This document shows, in pieces, positions 14,001 to 27,532 of a stretch of DNA of 64,000 bases. Below the pieces are notes generated by a model. It was not told the origin of the DNA and made no database searches. It was given only the letters and a program-made list of their open reading frames with translations. A program made the position numbers and the translations under genes. Location of the stretch: contig OZ316893.1 in assembly GCA_973895155.1 (NCBI GenBank), positions 26,958,798 to 27,022,797 of the forward strand, written 5' to 3'. Within the stretch, counting starts at the first letter, position 1. Each line of letters begins with the position of its first letter. This DNA is from Marsupella aquatica (taxonomy: Eukaryota > Plantae > Marchantiophyta).

Positions 14001-15871
14001 TAATTCAGTACAATACTGAATTTCTCAAAACCTCTGACAACATTGAAAAACATAGCAAAACATCAAAATCAAAGAAATGGTTTGCCGATGGGCCTAATGG
14101 TGCTTGCCACAATCATAGTCTCCAAATGATTGTTTAGCTGGGTTTGTCATCTCAACCTGAAGAGTCGACATTAACTATGGTCAACCAGGTATGATCAATG
14201 ATTGTAATTATATGCTTGCATTGAGTGAATCATGTGGTTTGTTTGTTTTGGTTAAAATTTGTCACTCAGTGTACATTTAGTGCCACATCTTTTCTTTCAT
14301 CAACATCTCTTTTGCTCACCTCAACATTTATTTTTCTCCTCAACATGTTTCCCCACATGTTTCTTTCACCTTGGTGTCTTTCATGCAATGCACAGGCATC
14401 GGGCTAGTCCAATGTAATTGAACATTTTCTTCAGTGTCACTTTACTTAATTATGGGACTAAAACAAGGCCCTTAAGCCCTTGTAAATGGAAATTTGCTTG
14501 GGAAAGTACAGGTGGATGCTACCTGGTGCATGCTCTACACTCTTTTCTTTTTGGGCCCTTCTAAATGAGGTCACTCTGTTGTCTCCTTTGTTTTATGTTC
14601 CTTCAATAAATTTATCATTCCATGAAAAAAATTCCATGGAAACTCCACTCATTGGATTTTCCAGATTGATGGATCTCTTGAGCCCTTGCTAGCTAGCACA
14701 GGCAACAATGGATGACAATTGGCAACAATTAGGAGGCGAGGCATGAGCTGTCAAATCTTCTAGATCAATTGAACTTGGGCACATAATTGTTCTCCAACAG
14801 TTCTTTAAGTTTGTGAAATACTATGTTTGAGTTCTCTTAGTTCTATTTTTCTATGAGGGTGCAAAAACCTTACAATTTGTGTGGCTAGAGCATGCCAAAC
14901 ACAAAGATTTGTTAGTTTTAGATTCTAGGTACCTATTTAAGGGGTTTTGGCCATAGTCTTGTTGAGTTTGGGTTGAGATCTTTTGTTTGGCACTGTACAA
15001 CTTTTGGGCAAAGTGGATCTGACCAATCAGGTGAAAGAGTCCAGAAACACAGTGACTCCCCCCTACAGGTCCTGTGTGCTAGTCACCCTCATTTGCCAAA
15101 CTGGTTGCGTAACCTCTATGCCGATGAAGCTCGTTCCTTCTCTTTGGACTTTCTGCCCCATAGTGCAACTTCTGCCCCTGCTCCTTACCCACGCCTTACC
15201 CTTACCTTTATCGTGTGCGGCTCCTCCCTACTCCTGGTTCCTGCCTTCTCCTTTTGACTCTCCTCCCTATCTGTGCAACTTCCACCTCTCCTCCCTACCC
15301 ATGACTATTGACATTCCTCTATATCCATGCCTGTAAGTAACAATGGGAAGCCTACAGAATGGTGTACAATCCGTCAATTGAACCCTGGAGCCCTTCAGCT
15401 GGGCTTCTCTATTTCTTTCAATAAAAGTTATTCTGACATAAAATCCTAAGAAACCAAGCATTACATGTTATTCAAGTTACCAGGGTGGCTTGTCTATTAT
15501 TATTGTTGTTCCGGAACCTTATATATATATATATATATATATATTTTAGGCTGCGGAAGCCCCAAAAATGCCACAACTTGGGAAACAGGATTCCAAAGCG
15601 AGGGAAAAGGGAGAAAAGACGGATCCAAATCAACAAGTTGGGAAACGGGTTCCAGGAAAAGGGGAGAAAACAAGGGATCTAAGGACAGGAGACCCCAAGT
15701 TCTCAAATATGCCAATTCCTTGGTGCAAAATAATACCCCCTAACGTGTAAACCAAGAGCGATTCTGTGCTGGAAAAATGTTTTGCCATCTTGTGCGAGGC
15801 TGTCATTCCGGCTGGCCCACCTGACTGATGTCCCAAGGCGTCCAAGGCAGTGTAATTGTTAAGGTTTTGGG

Positions 15872-16005
15872 TTTTCTCTTTAATCTTCTTTAAGATTCCA
15901 AATGCTTGGAAACTTGTTTTTCCCTTCAATCTTCTTTAATATTTCAACTGCTTGGAAACGTGTTTTTCCCTTTAATCTTCTTTAATGTTCCAAATGCTTG
16001 GAATC
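15872..16005. repeat. ~45-bp tandem triplication
   Basis: tttttccc..aatcttctttaa...aatgcttggaa x3. Confidence 0.75.
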
Positions 16006-16009
16006 TTCT

Positions 16010-16295
16010 TATCTGATTTTCCTGAATTATTTCTGACCTTTAGATCCCCCTGATAAAAGATTAGCCTTAGATTCTGGCTAATGGGGCCTATGAGATGGTG
16101 AAGAACTGGCTAAAAAGACAGAGCAAAACTACACCAGCCATTTTAGCCAAAAGTGAACTAATTTATTTGGAAAGATAAGTAAACTTCCACCAAAATTTAT
16201 AAACCAGTAAAAAACAAAGTACAAATGAAACTAAAGAAAGATAGAATATAGGAAATTTTTGCCACCAAAAAGAAAAGGTGGTCCAAAGAACACTA
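16010..16295 (-). mobile_element. MITE family copy (inverted, degenerate)
   Basis: Reverse complement of the family core (ttagattctggctaatgg; aaatttttgccac). Confidence 0.6.
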
Positions 16296-16298
16296 GAC

Positions 16299-16593
16299 CT
16301 GCTTGTTTTCTAAGTGCGAATTTTAGTAGCATTCCACCTCCCCAAAAAGTGTTGGCCACTTTTGGCTAACATTCGCTACAATTTTTCTTGTGCCATTAGC
16401 CACTTTCCCAACTAATCATGTACCCTATTCGCCAGAATCTAATGGTCATCAGTAAATCTAGTGATATCTGACGGTCAGGATATAATCCTGAAAAACTAAC
16501 AAAGAATATTCCTAGCCTCTACTCCCTCAGGGGTCCTGACATTTGCCACCTGGCTAAAAAACTAAAAAACCTTAAACCTTAAAAAATACGCTG
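16299..16593 (+). mobile_element. ~295-bp MITE with short hAT-like TIR (3' end AAAAAATACGCTG)
   Basis: Colinear similarity with copies at 36916-37193, 42806-43036 and 43916-44092; core gccagaatctaa.ggtcatc..aaatcta..atctgacggtcagga. Confidence 0.7.
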
Positions 16594-18693
16594 CCCTAGA
16601 CCTTGCAGAGGCCGGCTGGCATGCCTGATGAGAGAGTTCCTCCTGCCACAAAGGCCGAACGAATCACGAGAAACCCTAGACCATTCGGAGGGCCCGAGAC
16701 AGATCCTGCCACACGGAGACGAAGTGAAACTGGAGCAGATCCAAGCAGCGCACGAGGGCATCACCTGCGTGGAAAGGTAATTATCCCGAAGCCTAGTTTA
16801 GTCGGAGCACAGAGCTCATACGTGCAAATATCCTGCGTCAAGTACTTCACCTATCGTTGTATAACTTGTATTGTTCGCTGGTGCACGAGCGGTACCTCTC
16901 GGCGTCCTCTCTCCCTCCTCCTCCACTCGATTTTTGGGACCGCTCGTTGATTAGTCAATTCGTTCGCAACTACAGTGGGTTGAAGCATTTTGTTGAAGCT
17001 CCGAGCAATCTTAGCTCTGTTACTTTACACTCTGTGTCGTTCAAAGTCGGTCGTAACTAGCTGGAAGCTCCTTCGAAGAAATCTTAGCGCTATTCACACT
17101 GTCTCCTTTTCGTTCGCTACTACATTTGGTATGAGCATTTGGTCATAGCTCAGCATAGAAATCTTAGCTTTGCAAACACTGTGTCGGTGCACGGACAATT
17201 TTGGTGAATTTGACTTACTTAAATTTCTGCGGTGATTCCTCCTGCAGCTCACTTGAACGTCTCTGCGGCAATCGGGAATTTCCCCCCTGCGGACAAGGGC
17301 GGAGACACACTTTCGTTTAAAAGAGCCGACACTTCGCTCGGGAGTCATCAATGGATATGGCGTTGAGGGTTCCTTTGTCTTTGGTAATCAATCTTTGGCC
17401 TTCCTGTTGTGTAGCCAGAAGTATTTGTTGCTTTACAGATGAATGCCCGACTACTTCTAGCTCTTCCTGGGGAGTGAAAAGTGGAGGGAGATCGATTTTT
17501 TGAGGGAGAATGATCCTCGTGTGTGAAGGGGAACTATCGAAAATGTGTTTTGGATGAACAGTTGCAACGGGTGAGTGAGTATTTCGAGGAGAGAGTTTAA
17601 GTTGAATTATCCCATCCCAGCATCTAGTGTTTATGGTTACTCTTAGCGCATGTTCCTTTGCACTTAAGCTCCTTGAAGCTGTGCACGGAAGTGTGAATCG
17701 TCGGCGACTCTGGCCTCAGTTTTTCGTTACTTTTCTATTTTATGGGTCCTGCCCTAAGGAAACATTTATCCCCGGTGTGGACATCGTCATTGGTGGATCA
17801 GAAAACCATGATGTTTCTCAGTGCATAAAGCCTCCGAGTTCCCTCAAAAGGAAAAGATGTCACTTTGCAATTCTACTTGTTATGTATGCTCTGCGTTTTG
17901 CCTGAACTGAAATCTCGAAAATAGCATTGGAAGACTGCTTCTAATAATCGCTGAAGCAGACCCATGAATATAGAAGGCAAGGGTTTCTGGCTTGCAACTT
18001 CGCGCGATAGTTTGTTTATGAATAGTATACGGTTGTCTCTACGCAAACCTGTTATCCCTTGATTTAAGTTTAGGAGCAAAAATATTATCACCAATAGGAA
18101 TGATTAGAAAGCATTTGTTATTACCTAAGGGCTGGCGTGATAAGTGTGGCTTCCTGTAATGGTTGTGTTGAACATAAAGTGGGAAGGGTTTGAACGAATG
18201 TATGCACCAGGTCTCTTTGGGCTCTACTTTGCAAATTATATTTAATTTATGGATTCTGTGCAGTTGAGTGGGTGTTTAAATTCTGTGTTTACGGGCGTGC
18301 ATTTGTGTTCCGGACGTTAATGCTCTCATAGGTTAGAGAGCCTGTAGATAATATGTAACTCATATCTGCTTCTCGAGCTCTGGTAGACACGAAGGACTTT
18401 ATTATTGGACCAGTTTTCTACTCCGTTTCTTGAGGCCAACGATCGAGCTGAGCAGCTAATTTTGTCGAAATGCTTAGCTTTACATTAGATGGAGAAATCA
18501 ATTACGTCTTCTTGAGCGGTTAGATTGAAACGGAAGGGTTTTGTTTCTCTCAAGGAAAGTCGGTCAATTATGGTGCCGCCCATCTGTAGCAAACCTCATC
18601 GCTGATTCTCAATGCAATTCTCAGCAGTGAAATGTTGTTGGTGTCTACCTGCAGGGCAATATTGCCTCAAAGGTGTCTGTTTCAGGTTGTGTT

Positions 18694-20718
18694 ATGGCAA
18701 GGAGCTCTGTGAGAGCAGCTCCGCCCGCTGCAATGGTTGCGGGGAAGCAGATCTCTCGGACTCTCTCGTCCAGCTTCTTCTCCAATGGCTCGCAGCAGCT
18801 GAGTGCCTCCGCCCCTGTGTCAAAGGCTATGTGGCAAAGGAGCACCGTTCGCGCTATGACTCAAGTGGGGCCCCAACTGTCTCATTGCATTTACGTTTCT
18901 TTGTTGGCTATCTGTTGTGGATTTGAGGTTCAGTTGGGAGTGTTAGCACTCAGTATGTTATGACTGAATCAGTTGTGTTCTAGAAATGTTTCTGACGAAA
19001 TTCATCAGGCACAGGAGGTGACGACACAAGCAAAGGTGACAACAAAAGTCTTCTTTGACATCGCAATAGGAGAAAAGCTAGAGGGAAGAGTTGTCTTGGG
19101 ACTGTTCGGTGATGTTGTTCCTAAGACAGTTGAGAACTTCCGTGCACTTGCCACAGGTAGCTTTCATAAGCTGAGCATATCTACGCAAAATCTTACATAT
19201 AACACGAGTCCATCGGATACAGATTATGAAACTGAAGAGTTCCAATTTCTGACTGTTTGACAACCCTCTCTCGCTTGTTTTTTGAGTTGGTATTAATACT
19301 TTCCTCTCATCTACTTCTTGTCTTTTATCTCTCTTTTGGACGTTTTCAAATAGGTATTAAGTTAGGTGTTGACAGCTTCTGTTTTTTTCTTCAGGGGAGA
19401 AGGGTTTTGGCTTTAAGGGCAGCTCTTTCCATCGTGTTATCAAGGAGTTCATGATCCAGGGAGGAGATTTCACCAGTGGCGATGTAAGTCCCTCCCAACA
19501 AACTCGTGTTATCATACACTTTTCACCTAAACATTATAACATGCAATCCCATTCTTTTTTCCTCATGGTCTGTTCACAAAATCTCATTCTGGCGGGAGCC
19601 TCCCTGGCGGTTAAGATGCCACGGTGCACCTTTTCTGCTGCCAACCCGTCACTCTCCTGGCAGCTCGCACACTCCTTGAATTTCAGGCAGACTCCCTTTC
19701 CTGAGCGTCGACATAATCTCACTTATGTTCGAAAACACTTCCGCTCAACATCTCTTACTATCGACTATACTGTGCAACGCACGAGCTTATAACTATGGAA
19801 ATATAATTACGCGTTATTATAATATTAAGATGATCATCATTGACAAAGTGACTTTGCATCGAGCTAGACGCGTGAGAGATCATTGGCGAAATATCCGTCA
19901 TAGCGGGTTATCGTAGTGTCAAATATACGGTTCTAGTCTGTATCCTAATTAAAGTTTTATTACCTGCAGCAAAGAATTTGTGATGAAGTTACTGGACTGT
20001 ACCTCAAATTGTGTGAAATATTGATTCAGTTTCGTTATTCCTTATCCGGGTCTACAATGCTGTGGGTTTCATATAGGGCACCGGCGGAAAGAGTATCTAT
20101 GGGGAAAAATTCCCGGATGAGAACTTCCAGTGTGAGTTCCACAGAGTAATTGTCAAGTCACTGTGAATGAAGTAAAGTGCTATCATAATCGAAGAACACG
20201 CTTTGGTGCTTGTCCCTATTGTATTTGGCAGAAACGATGTGTAGCATTGTATCGAGGTAACAGCTTCGACAAGATGATGATGATGGTTATCTTTTATTTC
20301 TGATGGGATGGTAATTTTTTGCAGTGACACACACTGGGCCAGGAATCCTAAGCATGGCCAATGCAGGCCCTAACACTAATGGAAGCCAGTTTTTTGTCTG
20401 CACTGTCAAGGTAATGTTGGATGGTTACATCTTATTGGTATTAGGGTGCCGGTCCTGCTTAGATCTAGGAGACATTTGTTTTAGTCATATAGCAGGGTTG
20501 GGCAGACACAAACGAAAAGCTCTGCTATGTAACGTTCCAGTTTCTCACTCGTTGTCTTTGACATGCAGACACCATGGTTAGACAGGCGCCATGTGGTTTT
20601 TGGACAGGTCATTGAGGGCATGGATGTTGTGTACGCAATTGAGGCCTCCGAAACGGACAGGAGGGACAGGCCGAAGAAGGGAGCTAAGATCATTGACAGT
20701 GGTGAATTGAAGGATTGA
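18694..20718 (+). CDS. CYP20-3: Plastid-targeted cyclophilin-type peptidyl-prolyl cis-trans isomerase, CYP20-3(ROC4)/CYP20-2 clade (232 aa)
   Basis: Exons 18694-18864, 19009-19156, 19395-19483, 20077-20131, 20325-20410 and 20569-20718 join in frame; Ser/Ala/Arg-rich transit peptide; [54 protein letters not shown]; likely 5'UTR intron 17571-18685. Family is secure, orthology within the CYP20 clade less so. Confidence 0.93.
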
Positions 20719-21759
20719 GAGCAAGCTTCTTATCAATTGAGAACTATGACTCCTATGAGTGTAGGACTGTAGAGAAGGAGCGTAGGAGTTAAGATACAAT
20801 GGTGGCGTAGTAAGTGGACCGAGTGTTCGGCAGACAACCTCAAAAGGATCCGCTTTGACCTCATTCGAACATCGGCTATTTTGATGTGTTGCGATTATGG
20901 TTGTCCCGATCGGCCTACAATTCATTCTCTTCCCAACAAGCATGTCTCTTCCTCTTGTGGGAGCTGAGTGCCTTTAATCGAATAAGGACCTTCACTGAAA
21001 ATCTGGTGGAGTGGCTTCAATATCCATCCTAATAATTTGTGAGGAAACCAAGCCAGCTCTTCGTTCTCCGTAACACGATCCAGGAAGAAATTTGGGAACC
21101 TTGGGTGGAAGTAAGTATAACTTAAGTTGAACACAAACAGGTCTCGCCAGAGGGAGTCTTCATCGGCAGGAGTTGACATTGGTACAGCAGCAGCGAGAAC
21201 ATTTTCTTTAACTTCAATCTTTGGAGAAATTTTGGAAACACTACTTTAATTTAGAGACCTCAACGAAAAAAGTAATAGGTATTTCAAGAGCAGTCCGAAT
21301 GGACTAGTGCTAATGACTGCATAGTGGATCCTGGAGTTGTTGGCAGTCGGGGTTTAAGGTCGCATTGTCATCTGCGTGACCGTGACGCTGTCTGGAAACT
21401 GACAGCCAAATAGGGTATCTGTAAGCAAAATATGATAAGTAGCGAATCACACTCTGCACGTAAATCCCAACGCTGACTTGGAAAAAGAATCTCAATCAGT
21501 TCTATTCGTCAGTATCGTATGAAATCTCTGTTTTAACCAACGTGAATATCCCTTGACTTTTGAGGACTGAAATTGTCACACTATTGATCACGAGTATGGA
21601 TGAAATCTCGCTTTCAACCAAAAGAAGTCTACTTTGACGTGGATAACATTCCAAGGAGTTGAAACGTTGAAACAATTTTTCCAATGCCGCAACTGAAGCA
21701 CACATTCCCAAAGAACTCGTTAGTGTACTCATGCCTTGTTACAGGAGCATTGTGGGCTA

Positions 21760-22726
21760 CAGTTTTCCCTGAGAATCACGGCTTTTCCTTAAGTTTTGCG
21801 GGGCTATTAATGCTCACACTAGTGGGTAAAAGAAATTTAGTACATTTATGTTCTTGAGAGTTTTTGAATTCTTGCCATTTTGGTATTAGTTTTAGTTTCA
21901 TGTTATCACTCTTGATTCTTCAACTTCAAGACAAATACCTTGGGTTAAATGTGCAACGTATTAATGCTCTCCCATTTTCCTGGGGCTCCCTACACTGCCT
22001 GTCTCACTCTCCAATGCTGCTGCCCGCCCCAACCAAGGTTGCCAATTCAAAACATTAACCTAGATTCTACCATTTTGTCAACGGCTTTGGCCTGATCAAT
22101 TTTGTGCCATCAACTTCGGGTCATGCCTATTTAGTAATAGAGTCTAAGTGTTCAGACAAAGCCTAGTACTTTGAGGGAGAGTCATGATTAAAGATAGAGT
22201 CTTGGTTTACATTTGTCAAACTTGGGCCGGAGTGGGCGACAGCATAATTGGGGACCTGGGCCGGAGTGGGCGACAGCATAATTGGGGACCTGGGCTAGAG
22301 CAAGCGACATCAAGTGAAGGGTACTTAGAGCATACACCTGAAGTCTTTGGCACAAAGTTGATCTGGCTGGTGCAGGCAACAAAGTGGTAGAGTCTTGGTT
22401 TATGTTTTGGAAACTCAGGTCGGAGCAGGCAGCAGCATCAGGGACTGAGACGGGTAGTGTATGGAACCCCAGGAGCATTACCACGTTGTAGATCTAATAC
22501 ATTAACACATTGTAGATCTAAGACAAACCATATTAGTTTTCCCAGACATGACTTCTGTCCAAGTTTTGAGGGACTATTAATGCCCATATGGGTGGGTAAC
22601 AGAGAATGAATACAATTGGGTGGGTAACAGAGAATGAATACAATTGAATTCTTGAGAATTTTTTACTCTTGCCATTTTGGTATTACTTTCATGTTATCAC
22701 TCTTGATTCTTCCACTTGAAAACAAA
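21760..22726. repeat. Pair of diverged ~170-bp direct repeats (~21760-21935 and ~22535-22726), with 34-bp (22223-22295) and 28-bp (22589-22646) tandem duplications
   Basis: Shared aagttttg.ggg.ctattaatgc and tcttgccattttggtatta..tttcatgttatcactcttgattctt. Confidence 0.7.
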
Positions 22727-25700
22727 CCCATATTTAATTAAGTTGAAATGTTACTCTTGCTATGAAGCGACAATAGTGCCCCAGGACAGCCACAAAGGTA
22801 CAAGAATTCTCTTTGTGAGGCATAACGAAAAATTCTAAGAGATACTTGTTTTGAAGGGATTAAGATTGGACAAGATAAGCCATTCACAGCTTATGAGAAT
22901 AACTGCTTCAACATTGTTCTTGCCCACTTGCAACGTTTGGAAATGTTTGGAAGTCACTGAGCATTTTATACATAGATGCAATGATGCACGGAACTTGAAA
23001 GTAAAGATTCAATCACCCTCTGTTCGAGGCAGGTTGCTGCACTTCACCTTGGATTATTGCTTGTCGTTTTCTGCCACTAGGGATTGGAGTACTTTTTTTA
23101 TAGCATACATCTGTGTAAATAGTAATCTGAGGGCATCTCAGTCCTCAATAGTTACAGGCCCATGCCTTTGGCAGGTGCCTAATTATTATCACAGGGCCAT
23201 CTGAAAGGCTGTAAAATAGTTTTCTTTTGTCCCTCCTCTGCCCCGCCCCCCACCCCCTTCTCTCACCCTCATATGGCCAATTGGTTTTGCAGTTGTAAAG
23301 GAAACAATGCATCGACCACTAATCTTGTAATATATAACATTTTTAGTCTCTAATCATAACGCAAGAAAATATATTATTGGCCATCAATCTCAGAGTATAG
23401 AACACTTTAGTCTGTAAGGAGCAGGTGACTTGCAAAAGCCTTATGGTCTAAGTTAAACCACCCTCATGGAGACGCCATAGTGGTCACCCATGTTATTTCT
23501 TTTTGTGCGCACTCACGTATGCCCTTGGGAAATAACATGTTCCACACAATTTCATTCAAAAGCAATGGCTCATAATTCTATGATACGAGGACAATGCAAA
23601 CAAATTGAGCCATATATCACACTGCTAAAGAACAAAATCCACCAACTGGGGACACCCCCAGTTGAAGATTAGTGCCATAAAGCCAGCCAATCTCCTACAG
23701 TGGGAAAAGAACTAAGGCCCCCCAATGAACAAATCTAAAAATCTGGTAAAGCTCTGGAGTAAACTCATTTGGAAAGTCACTTAAAGGAATTTGTCTGGAG
23801 GCCCTACTAAGAACAATGAATGACTGAGCCACAAAAGATAGTGACAACAGAATTTAGGGGACAAGCCTTTGCTCTACGAAGAATAGTGAAAGGCTAAGTC
23901 ACATAATGCAATGGCGACATAAATTGGAGATCTGCCCTATACATGCAAGAGTTTTCTAAAGATTTCTTTGGACGACAGGCAATATTAAAATTTAGGCACA
24001 TGGTGTAGTGGGCTAGGGCTGGAGATGCTTTGATCCAGCAGCCAAGTCCAAATGATTCCAGCCATGATCTGACAAATAAGTGAAGAACCATTGCTGTTCA
24101 AGATGGATCGATAATTGAGGTTGAAAGCCGTCTTGGAAGGTCCGTTCTCTTTCTTGGAAATTCAAAGATTCGCGAACTGTGTGCTCGTCGAGTACTACTG
24201 TGTGTGACTGTGTGCTCTACTGCTCTTTGTGAGCTAGACCGCAGCTAGGCTATAATTGTGAGCTGACACAACTGCTGTCGTGCCTTTCTTGAAATTTCCA
24301 AGAAGCGTGAACTCTCCTCACTGATCGTTGAGCTAAGAGGTGAGCTGAGCAACCAAACCCAGTCTGTTATTTCCTGACATGGCCGTCCCACCGTCCTTAT
24401 CTACATCTGGCGAGGATGGATCCCCACTTCAGATCGATTCAAACGTTCGAAGCATGACTGTCTCATGCTTCAAAAAAATCCCACGAATCACTCATTTGTT
24501 GCAAAGCAATCCAGTGAGGTGGGTGTGCAGATCGCTTCTGGGAACCTTCTTGGCCCTCGTTAGTTTCTGCCCACAATATGGAACATGGGGCAGGCAGGCA
24601 GGCAGGCAGGGCGAGGCATGGCAGGGCAGCTTTATTGCATTGACCAGACTAGCCCACCGACCAGCAGCAGCAGCAATCTTGCCAGCCAGCCAACGAAAGG
24701 GTGATTGTGGGCTTAAAGTAAGCACCATCGATCTTGTACTTATCTTTGCAATGGCCAGCAGATCCGGATGAGTAAATGGGCCATAATAATAAGTGAGTAC
24801 TGATGAGTGATGACTTTCTCGTAGGACAAGAGCACTTCTGCATCATGGAATCAATGTGCCACACCAGCTTAGGCAGGCTACTCTAGGTGAACTGAGAGTG
24901 TCAGCAGACTGTTTAATCATGGGCTTTACTATGTAAGCTTACACTACCATAAGGACATCAAATTCGTTCAGGAAACAAATAATTATTGAAATCGTTAGTC
25001 CCTGGACCAGGATATTAGGTGCTGTTTGAGAAACCAAGGAAATTTTCTACAATGCATATTGGAGGGGTGCATATTTGAGGAGTATTCTAAGTATTATTGC
25101 TGTAATTACCAGGCCCAAGATGGCCACCAACCCTGCCCAAGCCATAATCACCCTGCCCTTGCTAGACTAATTTTCCTGGTCACCCTTGGTTTGCAGGGCC
25201 TGCCTGAGGCCTTGCAAGGCCCATTGCCTTTGCCCTAGCTCCAGGTCACAGTCTCCCTCAATTCCCACACCCTCCCTCCCAATCAAAGTAGCTTGGCAGT
25301 TGCTGCTCCCCTCCTCAAACCTTGTGGGTATCTCTTGGTGGTTGTGTTATTTTGCAGATGAAAACCATGTTTCAAACATGATTGACTACATTTTTCAATT
25401 ATTCTTGAAAAACCAAGAGTATCTAGAATTGAGTTCAAGTGAGTGTTACATCATGGAAAAGAATCCCTTTGTCTTCAACAACTTGTTTGCGATTCACTTG
25501 ACTTTGGGGCCAAATTGATTGATTAGGGAGTGACGCCGAGTGAACTCACATCTGATAAAACTTGAAGCTTTCACCCCACTTTATTGTATTTTGTGACCTT
25601 AATATTTGTTTCACAACCATGCAAAAAATTAGCATATAAGGATGTACGCATGGATTACATTCTTGAAGGTACTATGTACCCAAACTGCTGTAGCTTGTCT

Positions 25701-27532
25701 ATGCAAAAAATATATGGTTAAGTCATAAGATTTTGGCAACTCTACTATAAGAGAATGAAGATGAACACAATTAATGCCACAAATAGGTTATTAATCTTAT
25801 TTTATTTTATTGTACAATTAATATCCGGAAGTTAGAAGCTCCATTTTGAGCGACAGCCCTATCAGGTCCCACTTGGTAATTTTGACCAGCATAATATAAC
25901 TCTGGGCACGAATCAAATGATGTAGACATGGACTTTTGGGTCTTCTCTCATGAACTTTTTGGATGGCTTTGCATCCCATTGTTGAGTTCATTTGTGCAAA
26001 AACAGATAAACGTCAAATAAGTGGAATTTGTTGTAGATGAGTCTTGCCAAGAAAAACAATACAAAGTACTTTGCGGAGACAGTACCTCGCGGAGAAAAAC
26101 TTTTGAAGAAATGTTTAGGCGCCCATCACAAAAACTGAACATAGTTCAGCCCAATTACCTAATTAGGTCCTGATTAATATCACACCTAACCTAAGTAAAA
26201 GTACACCCAACCCATTCTCCTATAATAACTCAAACAAAAATCTAGATTTGTGCTTATAAATGCATGAGAAGTTTAGACAAAGAAAATCAGAATATATTTT
26301 TCTGTTTTGATTTTCATTTCATATTTGTTACTTTATTAAGAACTCCCTCAAATAGTGTTCAGCCCCTCTTGGAAGAAAAAGGATAAAAGCAAAGACAATT
26401 TTGAACAAAGATTATAAAAAATCTCCCTTTTCGTCTAACTTTTATATTCCTCCCCTTAAAATACACTTAAACCTCCATCCCACCCACCCTAAAAGATTGA
26501 AAATAACTGATTCAAAGAATATAATATCTCAACAATTAAAAAAACATTTCTTTTACCCTTTTTTTATCCCTCCCCTTAAGGTAACCTTCTCCATCCCCAC
26601 CAAAGAATAAAAATGTCTCTTTTTTGTCTTTTTATTCCTCCCCTCCTTTAAGATATATACCCTTAATCCTCTATAGTCCACCCTCAAACAAAGAAAATAA
26701 TCTAAAAGCAATCATTTATGAGTTCCATGTCCATCATTTCTCCTAAACAGACAGATGAAGAAGAAATGGAAACACAAAAAGTTCCCTCCTTTTTCTTCCT
26801 CCCCTCTTACTTAGCCCCTTGGAACCAGCAGGTACTCTTCAGGTGAAGAATACATTTTTAAAATTTGTTAACAATTATTCCTCCCCTCCTTTTTTTGAAC
26901 CCTCCTCTCTTATTAGCCCAAAGAGTCGCCCCTCTTATTCAGCCCCTTGGAAAGGGTGTCCCAGGTCACCCATTTCATTTAAAGGAAAAAGAAATTAAAA
27001 AAGAAAAAAAGAAAAAAACACATTAAAAATTACAGAGAATAAATTAAATTATCCACTTCCCTTTTATATCCATCCCCTTCATTTACCTTAAGTGTTTCCA
27101 AAGATTAAAAGAAAATATAAATTATCATTATGATTCTTTCGAAAGAAAACTAACCATTGTTCAAAGATGCTGTACATAAGTAGGTATCCCTTTTCCCAAT
27201 TAAAAAACAAAAGAGATTCAATAGTAATAAACACTCTCCAGAAAGAAATAAAATATTAAATGCTCTCTCTCATCTCTTTTTGTCTCATGCTGTAATATAT
27301 GTACACATATACAATATTCTGGGGAAAATACTTTGCTCTCCTCAATATAAGTCATCATGACAAGAAGTGAAGCCTAGTTACAAAGGAGAAAGTATAGCAG
27401 ACCAAAGTATTGAAACCAAATTATTGGAACGAAAGTATTGGAACAAAATATTGGAACCAAATCAAAGTATTTTGGTGCCCCCATCACATCTACTGAACTA
27501 AAGTTCAGCCAATAAAAGAAAAAATATCATCA

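Noticed and set aside
24807-24895. C/D box snoRNA candidate (GTGATGA ... CTGA)
   Set aside because: No convincing terminal stem or rRNA-antisense guide identified.
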